A stretch of DNA of 64,000 nucleotides, taken from positions 1 to 64,000 of the forward strand of contig CAVRUC010000011.1 of assembly GCA_963724295.1 (NCBI GenBank), given 5' to 3'. Both the position numbers and the translations under genes were made by a program. This stretch comes from an uncultured Chloroflexia bacterium (lineage in GTDB: Bacteria; Chloroflexota; Chloroflexia; Thermomicrobiales; UBA6265). Below are positions 19,286 to 29,317 of this stretch, one piece after another (within the stretch, counting starts at the first letter, position 1; every line of letters begins with the position of its first letter). Below the pieces are notes generated by a model. The model searched no databases and had not been told where the DNA came from. It saw only the letters and a list, made by a program, of their open reading frames with translations.

Positions 19286-19499
19286 GCGGGCTCCTTGTCG
19301 ATGCAGCTTATTCGCCAGCGGGCCTCTGCTCGGCGGCGTGACATGGGTCTCACTGCAGGTACGCCATCTGCGTGCCATCGCCTCTGTCGCGGCGACGGTG
19401 ATCAAGCGACGGCGGTGTGCCCTGGTATACGTCATCACTCGGGTCGCGGGCCGTACTCGTCGCCGGTAAGGTGCTCGCCTCAGGTCGCCGGGACGCTCG

Positions 19500-20348
19500 T
19501 CAACTGACCCGGCCAACCACCTCGTCGGCCAGCCGGGCGACGATACCGTCGGGATAGGGATAGGTCAGCATTAGGATGAGATGGGTGGCGCCGGCCGCGA
19601 CGAGCGGCTGCAGCGTGGCGACCGTCGCCGCTAGGTCGTCGTAGTTGACCCGGGACTGCACCGAGATTTCTATCTGCTCGGGATCGCGACCTACGGCGGC
19701 GCAGTGCTCGTGCAGGACGCGCACTTTGTGGTGGAAGTTCTCCACATCGGTGGGCATGAAGTTCCACACGTCGGCGTATTGCGCCACGACGCGCAGGGTG
19801 AGCTGCTCGCCGCCACCGCCGATGACGAACGGTGGATACGGCTTCTGGATTGGCTTCGGCTCACAGCGCGCCTGGCTGAGCTGGTAGTACCGCCCCTCGA
19901 AGTCAGTGAGCGGCTGCGTCCATAGCCGCCGGGTGATCTCGCAGGCTTCGCCCAGGCGCCGGATACGCTCGCCGGGCGTGTAGAGCGGGATGCCCATGCT
20001 CTGGTGCTCGTATTCGTTCCAGCCGGCGCCGACGCCGAAATCGAGACGACCGCTGGAGATCACGTCCACCGTGGCGGCCATGTGAGCATGGACCGCGGGG
20101 TGGCGGTAAGTATTGCCCGCGACCATCAACCCGAGGCGCAGGCGCGACGTCTGGGCGGCGAGGGCCGCCAGCAGCGTCCACCCCTCGAAGCATGGGCCAT
20201 CCAGGTCGCCCTGGATCGGCGCGAAATGGTCGAAGAGCCACGCGTGCTCGAAGGCGGGCGTCCGGTCAGCCTCCTGCCAGACCGCGAGCATCGCGTCGTA
20301 CGTGGTGTGCTGTGGCGCGGTCTTGACACCCCATCGCAGTTTGGCCAT
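19500..20348 (-). CDS. LLM-class F420-dependent oxidoreductase
   Basis: WLFDHF, EGWTLLAALAA, NTYRHPA, PKPIQ..IGGGGE. Confidence 0.92.
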   Translation of the reverse strand: MAKLRWGVKTAPQHTTYDAMLAVWQEADRTPAFEHAWLFDHFAPIQGDLDGPCFEGWTLLAALAAQTSRLRLGLMVAGNTYRHPAVHAHMAATVDVISSGRLDFGVGAGWNEYEHQSMGIPLYTPGERIRRLGEACEITRRLWTQPLTDFEGRYYQLSQARCEPKPIQKPYPPFVIGGGGEQLTLRVVAQYADVWNFMPTDVENFHHKVRVLHEHCAAVGRDPEQIEISVQSRVNYDDLAATVATLQPLVAAGATHLILMLTYPYPDGIVARLADEVVGRVS

Positions 20349-20649
20349 GGCTCGTTCTCCTCTCTCTGGTGCCGCCTTGTTGCGCGACGAGCGGAACGCC
20401 TACCACGGCGCACCACGTCTGTGGTGTAATCGCGCTCGCCCGAGTCATGCCAGTGCTGTTTATGACTGGCTCTTCCATCGAGAGCGGTCCGAGTGCCGCC
20501 CATATTCTCTCCTTCCAGCGAACCCCGCACCGCGGTGTCGAATCGACTCCCCGCCATTCGACAATATGACGTTAGTGGTCCTTGCCGGGCGCCAAAACTC
20601 GGCACAGGGTGCCCCGGAACAATGGCCGGGAGTGAAACAGGAGGCTGTG

Positions 20650-21201
20650 GTGAGAAAGATCGTGGCAGGGACGTTTCTATCGCTCGACGGCGTCATGGAA
20701 TCGCCGGACAAGTGGCATTTCCCCTACTTCGACGACAAGATGGGTGAGGCGGTCGGCTCCCAGATGGCCGAGGCGGACGCCATGCTGCTGGGTCGGGTGA
20801 CGTGGCAGGAGTTCGCCAGCTACTGGCCACACCACCCCGACGCCGAGGGCGCCGAGTTCATGAACCCGGTGCAGAAGTACGTCGTCTCCACGACGCTGCA
20901 GAACGTCGACGACTGGCAGAACTCGACCGTCATCGACGGGAACAACTTCGTGGCCGAGATCCAGCGGCTGAAGGAGTCGCCGGGGAAGCAGATCAATGTG
21001 ACAGGCAGCGCCAGGCTGGTGCAGTCGCTGCTGCGGGAGAACCTGCTCGACGAGCTGCGGCTGCTGGTGCACCCGATCGTGGTCGGCGGTGGCAAGCGAC
21101 TGCTGGAAGGTGACACCGGCCAGCATCCGCTGCGGCTGGTGGACTCCCAGATCTTCGACACCGGCGTGCTCTACCTCACCTACCAACCGGCGGACCGCTA
21201 G
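20650..21201 (+). CDS. Dihydrofolate reductase/RibD C-terminal family protein
   Basis: SLDGV, LLGRVTW, KYVVSTTL, GSARLVQSL, DELRLLVHPIVVGGGKRL. Confidence 0.9.
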   Translation: MRKIVAGTFLSLDGVMESPDKWHFPYFDDKMGEAVGSQMAEADAMLLGRVTWQEFASYWPHHPDAEGAEFMNPVQKYVVSTTLQNVDDWQNSTVIDGNNFVAEIQRLKESPGKQINVTGSARLVQSLLRENLLDELRLLVHPIVVGGGKRLLEGDTGQHPLRLVDSQIFDTGVLYLTYQPADR

Positions 21202-21243
21202 GCAGGACACCGCGCGCAGCAGCGTGATGAAGCGAAGAGCGTC

Positions 21244-21279
21244 AGAGCAAAGGACCGGGCATGCCCGGTCCTTTGCTCT
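21244..21279. terminator. Perfect 36-bp palindrome, probable terminator
   Basis: AGAGCAAAGGACCGGGCA|TGCCCGGTCCTTTGCTCT. Confidence 0.65.
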
Positions 21280-21442
21280 TCCGTTCGTCCTCCCTGGAAC
21301 GCCATTTCGTTGCCGCGGACTCGAAGAGGATGCAGGACACCTCGCAGTCGCTTCAGATCAGGCGCCGGTTGCTATGCTTTGAGAGCAATCAAGGTCGTGG
21401 GCGCGATCGAGCTTCGCCGCTGCTTCAGGAGGATCACGAGAC

Positions 21443-22087
21443 GTGGTGTACGTGCCCGAGCACTTTGCCGAAACCGACACCGCCGCGATGCACCGGCTGG
21501 TCAGAACCTTTCCCCTCGGGACGTTGGTCACGCTCGGCGCCGAAGGGCTCGCCGCCAATCACATCCCGTTCGTCCTCGACACGCGCGCGGGCGAGTACGG
21601 CCGGTTGCTCGGGCACGTCGCTCGCAACAACCCCGTCTGGCGTGACCATGACCCCGACATAGATGCGCTGGTCGTCTTTCAGTCGGTGGAGGCGTACATC
21701 ACGCCGAACTGGTATGCGACGAAGCGGGAAACACACGAGGTTGTGCCGACCTGGAACTACGCCGTCGTCCACGCCTACGGACAGATCATCGTGCATGACG
21801 ACGTCAAGTGGATCCGCGGTCAGGCGGGCATGCTCACGAAGCAGCAGGAAGCGTCCCAGCCCAGCCCATGGAAGATGGCTGATGCCCCGCCGGCCTATAC
21901 CGCGGCCAACCTCGAGCAGATCGTCGGCATCGAGATCCCCATCGCGCGCCTGGTCGGCAAGTTCAAGGCCAGCCAGAATCGGCGCGACGGCGACCGCGCG
22001 GGCGCGATCAACGGCCTGCGCGAAACGGGCGAACCCGGTAACGTGGCGATGGCCGAGCTGATGGACGCGATTCACCATGGAGGGTGA
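21443..22087 (+). CDS. paiB: PaiB-like FMN-binding negative transcriptional regulator family protein
   Basis: YVPEHF, GHVARNNP, AYITPNWY, VPTWNY, GKFKASQN. Confidence 0.88.
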   Translation: MVYVPEHFAETDTAAMHRLVRTFPLGTLVTLGAEGLAANHIPFVLDTRAGEYGRLLGHVARNNPVWRDHDPDIDALVVFQSVEAYITPNWYATKRETHEVVPTWNYAVVHAYGQIIVHDDVKWIRGQAGMLTKQQEASQPSPWKMADAPPAYTAANLEQIVGIEIPIARLVGKFKASQNRRDGDRAGAINGLRETGEPGNVAMAELMDAIHHGG

Positions 22088-22108
22088 AGCCGCCGTGTGC
22101 TACCTGCC

Positions 22109-22434
22109 TTAGGTACGGCGTAGGCGTCCCCAATCCGCAACCTCGGTGATCCGGCAAGCCCTCATCGAGGGCGTAACCCAGATACCATCGGTGGCGGTCT
22201 CGATCAGCCGGCGCTCGGAGCGAATCCCCTCGAAGATGATGAGCTGCAGCTTGATGACGACCGGCTCGATGCTCGGCCGGCCCCGCTCGGCATACCGCCC
22301 CTGACCCACCTCCGGACGAAGGACAAGTCGCGTTTGGCCTCCAAGTGACGGTAGAAATGGTCCTGGGGGACAATATCCTCCAGTGAGATGGCAATGGGCT
22401 CGTCAAGGCGGCGGGGTTTGGCGGGACCGAGCAT
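22109..22434 (-). mobile_element. IS1182/IS5-like transposase N-terminal remnant (frameshifted, truncated)
   Basis: SLEDIVPQDHFYR..DLSFV / YAERGRPSIEPVV..FEGIRSERRL across two frames (DUF772-like). Confidence 0.75.
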
Positions 22435-22519
22435 GGCGCGCTCCAGAGCATGGTTCGACTCGGGAGGCGCGCAGATTACCGCTCGCCATGGTCCGCGCAC
22501 CCGTTGCCGAGGAAGAAGG

Positions 22520-23329
22520 ATGATGGGAAACCCGACGAGCAGTCCCGCCGAAACCTACGAGACATACATGGTGCCGGCCTTTTTCAGTCCCCTCGCCACG
22601 CACGTGCTCGCGGTGGCGCAGCCGCAACCGGGCGAGCGCGTTCTCGACGCCGCCTGCGGCACCGGCATTGTGGCCCGCCGCGTCGCTGCGCTGTTCGGTA
22701 CGCAGGGGCAGGTCGTCGGCCTTGACCTCAACCCGGCGATGCTGACCGTTGCCCGGGCCGTGGCCACGCGGGAGGGATTGACCGTCGATTGGCGCGAGGG
22801 TCGGGTCGAATCCCTGCCGTTCCCGGACGCCAACTTCGATCTCGTGGTCTGCCAGCACGGCCTGCAATACGTCCCCGACCGAACCGCCGCCATCACCGAA
22901 CTGCGCCGGGTGCTGCGCCCGGGAGGGCGGGTGGTGGTCAGCGTCCAGCAACCGATCGAGACCCGGCCCTTCGACCTCCGGCTCGATACGGTGCTGTAGG
23001 CGCAACTCGGGGTTGCCGCCGTCCGCCAGATTTATGCCCTCAGCAATACCGAGGAGCTGCGCACGCTTCTGGCCGGCGCCGGCCCGCACGACATCACGAT
23101 CACCCCGGTCGCGTTCCCAACGCGCTATCCCGACCCGGTACAGTACCTGCGCCTGCGGCTAACGAGCGTGATCGCGGCCATCCCGTCGCTGCAGCAGTTG
23201 GATGACCAGGGTCGGGAAGAGCTCGTGGCGGCGATCGGCCAGGAGATGGCGCAGCCGCTGCGCGAGTACACGGTCGGCGACGAGATCGTCATGCCATCTG
23301 GCGTCCAGATCGCACACGCCTCGCGGTGA
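22520..23329 (+). pseudogene. Class I SAM-dependent methyltransferase with in-frame TAG at 22997-22999
   Basis: VLDAACGTG, GLDLNPAML, LPFPDANFD, LRPGGR; frame continues 109 codons after the TAG to TGA at 23329. Confidence 0.8.
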
Positions 23330-23407
23330 GCGGCTGGGAGGGGGCCGCCCGCGATGGCGCTCGGACGAGCACGGCCGACCGTCGCATGAGCATCTCAGCG
23401 GCTCTCC

Positions 23408-23455
23408 ATGCTCGGCCCGACCGAGCCGCGGCGCCTGAACCAGCCGATCTCCTTT
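23408..23455 (+). mobile_element. Very short second remnant of the same transposase 5' end
   Basis: MLGPTEPRRLNQPI vs MLGPAKPRRLDEPI at 22434. Confidence 0.55.
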
Positions 23456-23483
23456 TTCAACAGCCGGGCCCTTTACCGGCGTC

Positions 23484-23930
23484 CTAGTCGCGGTCATCGC
23501 TGCCGCGGCCGCCGGGTCCGTGCCGTCCGTCGAAGTCATGCATCCCACCGTGGCCACCGAAGCCCAGGAAGAGAGGCGCCTCGGACACCTCGATGACGGC
23601 TCGTATGGCCGCCGCCCGCTCGATGTCGAGATCGCCGGCGGCTTCCCGCTCGTCGACCTGCTGGGTGAGGGCGGTCCTGATCGCGGCATCGACGGCGTCC
23701 TCATCGCTCCCCAGCTCGCTCGCCAGGGCGGCGATGAAGCTGTCGTAGGCCTGGGTCCGCTGCGCCTCGAAATCGATCTCCTGCCCCTGCTCGGTCTGAG
23801 CCGGAGCGACCGCTGCCGGCGGCGTGGCATCCTGGGCGAACACATTCGGGATCTCCGGCGCACCGCCGATGATGAGTCCGAAGCCGAGCGCCGTCGCGCC
23901 AATCGTGGTCAACAACCCACGTGGGGTCAT
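23484..23930 (-). CDS. Secreted helical protein
   Basis: Signal peptide then AQDATP; helical core; His/Gly-rich tail. Confidence 0.75.
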   Translation of the reverse strand: MTPRGLLTTIGATALGFGLIIGGAPEIPNVFAQDATPPAAVAPAQTEQGQEIDFEAQRTQAYDSFIAALASELGSDEDAVDAAIRTALTQQVDEREAAGDLDIERAAAIRAVIEVSEAPLFLGFGGHGGMHDFDGRHGPGGRGSDDRD

Positions 23931-24037
23931 GGTTCCTCCTGTGCCCTCCTGGGGCGTGTCTCTGCTGCGGCCGCCGTGCGACCGCGTTCGGGATGAGCGT
24001 TCCGCCCGATTGCGGATCTCGCGATTGCTCGCTCTTG

Positions 24038-24093
24038 ACGATAGGGAAGCAACCTGAGAGTTCTCTGGGAAGTGGCCACGAAGTCACTGGGAA
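24038..24093 (-). promoter_or_regulatory. Promoter with four 11-bp-spaced direct repeats (OmpR-type operator) and -10 TATCGT
   Basis: TTCCCAG, TTCGTGG, TTCCCAG, CTCTCAG, then 10 nt, then TATCGT. Confidence 0.7.
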
Positions 24094-24167
24094 AATCGGC
24101 ATTCAGCTCACGCGGCTTAGCCAGCACATTGCCCGCGACTCGACGCTGCCTCTTCCCCGGCGCTCGT

Positions 24168-25775
24168 CTAATCGGCTGTGGTCAGGATCGGGCTGGAGCT
24201 GGATCGGACCGGGGTGGTCAGGGGCAGGCGGACGGTGAAGGCGGCACCATGCCCCGGCGTGCTGGCGAGGGTGACCTCACCGCCATGGGCGGCGACGATC
24301 GAGGCGACGATGGAGAGTCCCAGCCCCGTGCCGCCGCGCTTCCGGGTCCGGCCCGGGTCGGCCCGCCAGAAGCGCTCGAAGACGCGCTCCTGTGCCCCGG
24401 GCGGAATACCCGGACCCTCATCCGCGACGATCAGCTCGGCATCGTTGTCGCGCCGCCGTACTGAAAGGCTCACCGGCGTGGTGGTCGGTGTGTGAGTCCA
24501 GGCGTTGGAGAGCAGATTGTCGATCAATTGACGCAGCCGGGTCCGATCGCCACGGACCACTGCCTCGCCCTCGAGCTGCCGCGTGAATGGGCGGTCGGGC
24601 GCAACGGCGGCGAAGTCGGCCGCTGCCTCGCGGGCGAGGGCGACGAGGTCGACCGGCTCCCGCTCCAGGGTCCGCTGCTGGTCGAGCCGGGCGAGCAAGA
24701 GCAGGTCCTCGACGAGCCTCCCCATCCGGCCCGCCGACGACTCGATACGGCTCATCGCCCGGGAAATCGCCTCGGGCGTCGCCAGTGCGCCCTGGTGATA
24801 GAGCTCGGCGTTGCCCTGGAGGGAGGTCAGCGGTGTCCGCAGCTCGTGCGCGGCGTCGGCGACAAAGCGCCGCATCCGCTCCTCGCTGGCCACCCGTGCC
24901 GCGGTCGACCGCTCGATCTGACCAAGCATCTCGTTCAGGGCCGTCCCCAGCTGGCCGAGCTCGGTGCGGGGGTCGGCCCCGGGCACCCGGCGGCTGAGAT
25001 CGCCGCCGGCGATCGCCGCGGCAGTGTCGATCATGCGATCGATGGGGCGAAGTCCGGCTCGGATCAGTCCCCAGCTGACGAGTGCGGCGAGGCCGAGGGT
25101 TCCGAGGGCGGCAAGGGCGACGGCGCGCACGACGTGAGCAATGGCGTCTTCCACGTCCGACAGCGGCGCCGCGGTGATGACAATCGTGCCGTCTTGTCGT
25201 TGCTCCGTCAGGGCTCGGTACGTCAGGGCGCCGTCGGCGGTCCGCAGGGTGACGATCCGCCCCTCGATGTTCGCGAGCGCTGATCCTGAAACCGGGGGCA
25301 GGACCGGGAGTGGGTCGGGCGCATCGGGGTACCCGGAGGGATCGACATCGAGGAGCTCGCCGCTCGGGGCGAAGACCAGACGGGCGATCGGACGTTCGTA
25401 GAGGTCATTGTTCGTCCCGGTCATGCCGGGCGTCGGACTCGAGGTGGCACGGATTCCAGGGGTGGCGTTGCCGCCGGGATGCCCGGACCGCGTGTCGGTC
25501 TCAGCGTCCCTGGCCGCATACGTGGCATTCTGACCGGCTGGGTGATCTTCCCCTCGTTCATCATCCTGGGAGCGGTCTTTTGGATCATCGTAGGAGCCGC
25601 CCCGGCCAGGCGGGTCCCCATGGGAACCCATGCGGATCGTGGCAGCCCGGATTCGGGCGTCGACTTGTTCGATGAGCGCCGCGTGGGTGGTATGCACGAC
25701 AACCACGCCGAGCAGCCCGAAGCCGGCCAGCAGCAGTACCGCCATGCCTATCGTCAGCCGCGCCCGGATCCCCAC
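24168..25775 (-). CDS. HAMP-domain sensor histidine kinase
   Basis: Two TMs; DAAHELRTPL; NLLSNA; DEGPGI; FERFWR; GGTGLGL. Confidence 0.95.
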   Translation of the reverse strand: MGIRARLTIGMAVLLLAGFGLLGVVVVHTTHAALIEQVDARIRAATIRMGSHGDPPGRGGSYDDPKDRSQDDERGEDHPAGQNATYAARDAETDTRSGHPGGNATPGIRATSSPTPGMTGTNNDLYERPIARLVFAPSGELLDVDPSGYPDAPDPLPVLPPVSGSALANIEGRIVTLRTADGALTYRALTEQRQDGTIVITAAPLSDVEDAIAHVVRAVALAALGTLGLAALVSWGLIRAGLRPIDRMIDTAAAIAGGDLSRRVPGADPRTELGQLGTALNEMLGQIERSTAARVASEERMRRFVADAAHELRTPLTSLQGNAELYHQGALATPEAISRAMSRIESSAGRMGRLVEDLLLLARLDQQRTLEREPVDLVALAREAAADFAAVAPDRPFTRQLEGEAVVRGDRTRLRQLIDNLLSNAWTHTPTTTPVSLSVRRRDNDAELIVADEGPGIPPGAQERVFERFWRADPGRTRKRGGTGLGLSIVASIVAAHGGEVTLASTPGHGAAFTVRLPLTTPVRSSSSPILTTAD

Positions 25776-25812
25776 CTGCTACCCCTCCTGCCGGGATGAC
25801 CGGCAGCGTGGT

Positions 25813-26550
25813 CTAGGACGCCGGCTCCTCCTGACCCGGGTCGTCAAGGGCGTAGCCGAACCCGCGCACCGTGCGGATCACGTGCGCGTCGCGGTCGTCG
25901 AGCTTGCGGCGGAGGTAGCTGATATAGGTCTCGACAGCGGCCGGGTCGCCGGCGAAACCATAGTCCCAAACGTGCTCCAGGATCTGATGCTTGGAGAGGA
26001 CACGGCCACGGTTGAGCATCAGGTAGCGGAGCAGCCGGTACTCCGTGGGCGAGAGGGTTACCTCCTCCCCGCCACGCCAGACTCGATGGGCATTCTCATC
26101 GAGGGTCAGCGCGCCGACGACGAGCCGGGGGGAGTCGAGCTGGACTCCGCCCGCGCGCCGCAGGACGGCCTCGATTCTCAGCACGAGCTCCTCGAGACTG
26201 AAGGGCTTGGTCAGGTAGTCGTCGCCTCCACCCAGGAAGCCGGCTCGCTTGTCGGCCGGGTCATCCCGCGCCGTGAGGAAGATGACCGGCACCGCGTCGC
26301 CGCCCGCGCGGATCTTGCGGCAGAGGGCGAACCCGTCGAGGTCGGGCAGCATGACGTCGAGCACGATCAAACGCGGGTTGGCGGTACGGGCCAGCCCCAG
26401 CGCCTCTCCACCGCTTCCGGCCTCGACCACCTCGAACCCCCGGAAGCGCAGCGCGGTGGCGACCAGGTCGCGGATCTCATCCTCGTCCTCGACGACGAGG
26501 ATCGTCGTCTCGTTGTGGGAGAGAGCTCCGTTGCCGTTTGGGACGGTCAC
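25813..26550 (-). CDS. OmpR-family response regulator
   Basis: VVEDE, LDVMLP, FLTA, DDYLTKPF, winged helix with TVRGFGY. Confidence 0.95.
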   Translation of the reverse strand: MTVPNGNGALSHNETTILVVEDEDEIRDLVATALRFRGFEVVEAGSGGEALGLARTANPRLIVLDVMLPDLDGFALCRKIRAGGDAVPVIFLTARDDPADKRAGFLGGGDDYLTKPFSLEELVLRIEAVLRRAGGVQLDSPRLVVGALTLDENAHRVWRGGEEVTLSPTEYRLLRYLMLNRGRVLSKHQILEHVWDYGFAGDPAAVETYISYLRRKLDDRDAHVIRTVRGFGYALDDPGQEEPAS

Positions 26551-26693
26551 GCCGCTGGTGGGCCGTCGCGGTGAGCAGTTGCTTGTGCCATGTGATTCGG
26601 ACCTCCTCGGACTCCGGTCAGACTGAAAGGGGTGACGACCCAGGGCACGCCGCTCACGTTTGCCTGGCGGCGTGCCCGGCCCTTCCGAAAACG

Positions 26694-27338
26694 CTACCTC
26701 GTGCCCCCGGACGTTTCCGGGGCGCCGTCACGGTACCGGCCAGGGTCCGCAGAGCGTATACCAAGCGGCTGCGGAGCAGCTGGTTCCCGCGTCAGCGTGG
26801 TCAGCAGCACGATGCAGACCACGGCGGTGGCCGCATGCAGCAGCATCAAGACCAGCACCTGATCCCAGGGCAGCCCGGGCAGGACCTCCCCGGGGGATGG
26901 CCCACCCCGCGCAGGTCCACCCCCCGCGGGAGCCGGAAAGAACCGGGCGCCAAAGCGGGAGAACGGGGCGACCATCGCTGAGCCCATCCGCCGCAGATCG
27001 CCGCCAAGACCGAGCAGCAGATCGGGGATGAGGCTGAGCAGGAGCGCGATGACCGCCACGAGGCGAAACCAGCGGATCGGGTGGGGCACCAGCCAGGCCA
27101 TCAGGGCGAAGACCAGCACGGCCAGGATCGCCCCTTCCACCGTGAGGATGATCAGGGGTCGTCCCAATTGCCCCATCTCCGCCAGGGACGGATCGATCGC
27201 CTGGAGCAGGGTCTTGATCGCCAGGTTGACGAGCAGGGCGACGACTACGGTCAGTGGCCCAACCCAGAGTAACCGGGTGAATGAGACACCGTCGCGGCGG
27301 TCGGCCGCAGTGTCAGAGGATGCCGTCAGGGTTGCCAC
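26694..27338 (-). CDS. Integral membrane protein (DUF6069-like)
   Basis: About 4 TM helices; P.RWF...LLLSLIPD; LMLLH. Confidence 0.65.
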   Translation of the reverse strand: MATLTASSDTAADRRDGVSFTRLLWVGPLTVVVALLVNLAIKTLLQAIDPSLAEMGQLGRPLIILTVEGAILAVLVFALMAWLVPHPIRWFRLVAVIALLLSLIPDLLLGLGGDLRRMGSAMVAPFSRFGARFFPAPAGGGPARGGPSPGEVLPGLPWDQVLVLMLLHAATAVVCIVLLTTLTREPAAPQPLGIRSADPGRYRDGAPETSGGTR

Positions 27339-27372
27339 ACGTCTTCTCCCACCATGCAGATGCGGAAAACCA

Positions 27373-28350
27373 TCACGCGACAGGTGTTGCCGTTGCCGCG
27401 TTCTTCACGTACTGCTCGAACCAGGAGACGGTGTCGTTCCAGGCGGCGAGCGCCTGCTCCTCGTTCCAGCGCGGACCGGTGTCGTTGTGGAAGGCGTGCT
27501 CCGTGTCCGGGTAGATGTTGATCTGGAAGGTGACGCCGGCCTCCTCCAGCGCGGCGACAAGCTCGTCACGCCCCTCATTGGCGAAGTCGTCCGGGTCATC
27601 GGAGTAGACGCCGAGAACCGCCGCCGTGATGTTTGGCACGGCATCCAGCGGGGGCGGCGGGCCGTAATACGGCGCGGCCGCGTCCAACTCCGGCATCTCG
27701 GTGGCCGCGCGCCAGGTGATGCCGCCACCAAAACAGAAGCCGGTCATGGCCAGGCGAGACACGTCGGCGAAAGGCTGGGTCTGGTAATGGGCTGCGGCCG
27801 CCTTGAAGTCGTCGACATGCCGCTGCAGCTTGCTGTCATCCGAGAGTAGCGCCGGGATCTCCGCGGGATCGGCGATGTTGGCTGTCCCGCCCTCGCGACT
27901 GACCAGATCGAGTGCCGCCGCGACATACCCTTGCTTGGCCCAGCGGCGGGTCACGTCACGAATATGGTCGGTGAGTCCCCGGTTCTCATGGCAGATCAGG
28001 ACGACCGGGAACGGGCCGTCACCGGAGGAGGGCATCGCTTGATAGGCGATGATCTCGGCACCGTCAGCACCGGGGAAAGTAATGTCCGCGGCGGTGATCG
28101 CCGGGTCATCCTCTGCCACGCTCTCCGTGCTTCGTGGTCCGGTCGGGGTCGGGCGTGGGGCAGGGGTGCCTTCCTGGGCCGAGGCGGGCTTGACGCCGAG
28201 CTGGGTCAGCACCGTCGCGGTTGCCGCTACGCCGCCGACGATGTGGAGCACGCGGCGCATCATGTCCCGCCGCGACATGAGCCCGTCGACATAGTCATCG
28301 ACGAACTCGTGGACCAGATAGTTTTCGAACTGACTCAGTTCCCGGGGCAT
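27373..28350 (-). CDS. Dienelactone hydrolase family protein (YghX-like)
   Basis: HENRGL, GFCFGG, YYG, HAFHNDT; internal SRRDMMRR Tat-like motif. Confidence 0.92.
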   Translation of the reverse strand: MPRELSQFENYLVHEFVDDYVDGLMSRRDMMRRVLHIVGGVAATATVLTQLGVKPASAQEGTPAPRPTPTGPRSTESVAEDDPAITAADITFPGADGAEIIAYQAMPSSGDGPFPVVLICHENRGLTDHIRDVTRRWAKQGYVAAALDLVSREGGTANIADPAEIPALLSDDSKLQRHVDDFKAAAAHYQTQPFADVSRLAMTGFCFGGGITWRAATEMPELDAAAPYYGPPPPLDAVPNITAAVLGVYSDDPDDFANEGRDELVAALEEAGVTFQINIYPDTEHAFHNDTGPRWNEEQALAAWNDTVSWFEQYVKNAATATPVA

Positions 28351-28455
28351 CTGTTCCTCCATGCGCGATCGACAAACGACCGGTCGGTGCGTCTCCACCG
28401 GGTTGGACGCTCGCTTTTGCTCCGCGAGGCGCCCAGCCCGGAGATCAGCCGCAGT

Positions 28456-28866
28456 CTAGTTTCGCCGCTGGCACGTGTCGTTGTGGCAGACGAGGTTCAG
28501 GCCGTTGCAGCAGTCGTCGGTGCTGCGGCACTCCTGGCCGCTATGGGCGCAGTTGTCGCCGCTTCGAAAACGGCAGGTGCCGGGATTGGGTCCGAAGAGT
28601 CCCGCCGCGGAGGGCGGTCCATACCCCTCGCCGATCAAGACGCTGATGAAGCTCGGGGTCACACCCTCACAGACGAGGCCCTCCCCGCAGTCGGCGGTAG
28701 TGAAACATCGGCTGCCCTCGAAGCCGCCTTGGGCCCCGGCGCCGCGCCCGGCGGCGCCGAGACCGAGCAGCGCCAGGGCGCCGCCGGCAGCGGTCTTGAA
28801 CATCGAGCGGCGGTCGGTCTGCCGTCCCACCTGTCGCGTCAATCGATCGAAACGACTGTTATCCAT
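28456..28866 (-). CDS. Tat-type secreted Cys-rich protein
   Basis: MDNSRFDRLTR..DRRSMFK signal; 10 Cys in the mature part. Confidence 0.8.
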   Translation of the reverse strand: MDNSRFDRLTRQVGRQTDRRSMFKTAAGGALALLGLGAAGRGAGAQGGFEGSRCFTTADCGEGLVCEGVTPSFISVLIGEGYGPPSAAGLFGPNPGTCRFRSGDNCAHSGQECRSTDDCCNGLNLVCHNDTCQRRN

Positions 28867-29103
28867 CTGATGTTCCTTTCGACGCTGATTGTGAAGCCGG
28901 TTTTCCTGACCCACGACGGCGCGCACGCCACGCATCGCTCCCTGGGGTCAGCCTCTTGACTCGGGCTCTCACCTACTACGCTCTCATGCGAGAGGCTGGC
29001 CACCCAGCAGTAGCACCGTTCATCGTTACCTCCTTTCGCCCACCCTGCCTGGTCTGGGGTGGCGAATGCGGCACATCCCGGCTCGAGCCTCGCGTCAGAC
29101 TCG

Positions 29104-29159
29104 AAGGTAGGAAGGCAACCTGTGAGTTTGCTGAGAATTGGCTGGGAGGTCGCCGGGAA
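29104..29159 (-). promoter_or_regulatory. Second promoter with four 11-bp-spaced repeats and -10 TACCTT
   Basis: TTCCCGG, CTCCCAG, TTCTCAG, CTCACAG, then 10 nt, then TACCTT; same geometry as 24038-24093. Confidence 0.7.
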
Positions 29160-29317
29160 ACGGCGTCTAGAGCGTCCACGCGAGCGGTTCAGAGCCCCCG
29201 TTTCACGAGTGGTCGCGATGTCGCAGACAATGGCGATTGGCGCCCGGTCAGCGGAGGAGTAGCCTGCACAGGGCGGCGCCGGCGCGGCCTGATACGAGAC
29301 GTGAACAGGAGCTGAAC

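Noticed and set aside
22997..22999. Pyrrolysine or programmed read-through at the methyltransferase TAG
   Set aside because: Not a methylamine methyltransferase family, no pyl genes in the window; a nonsense mutation or base error is simpler
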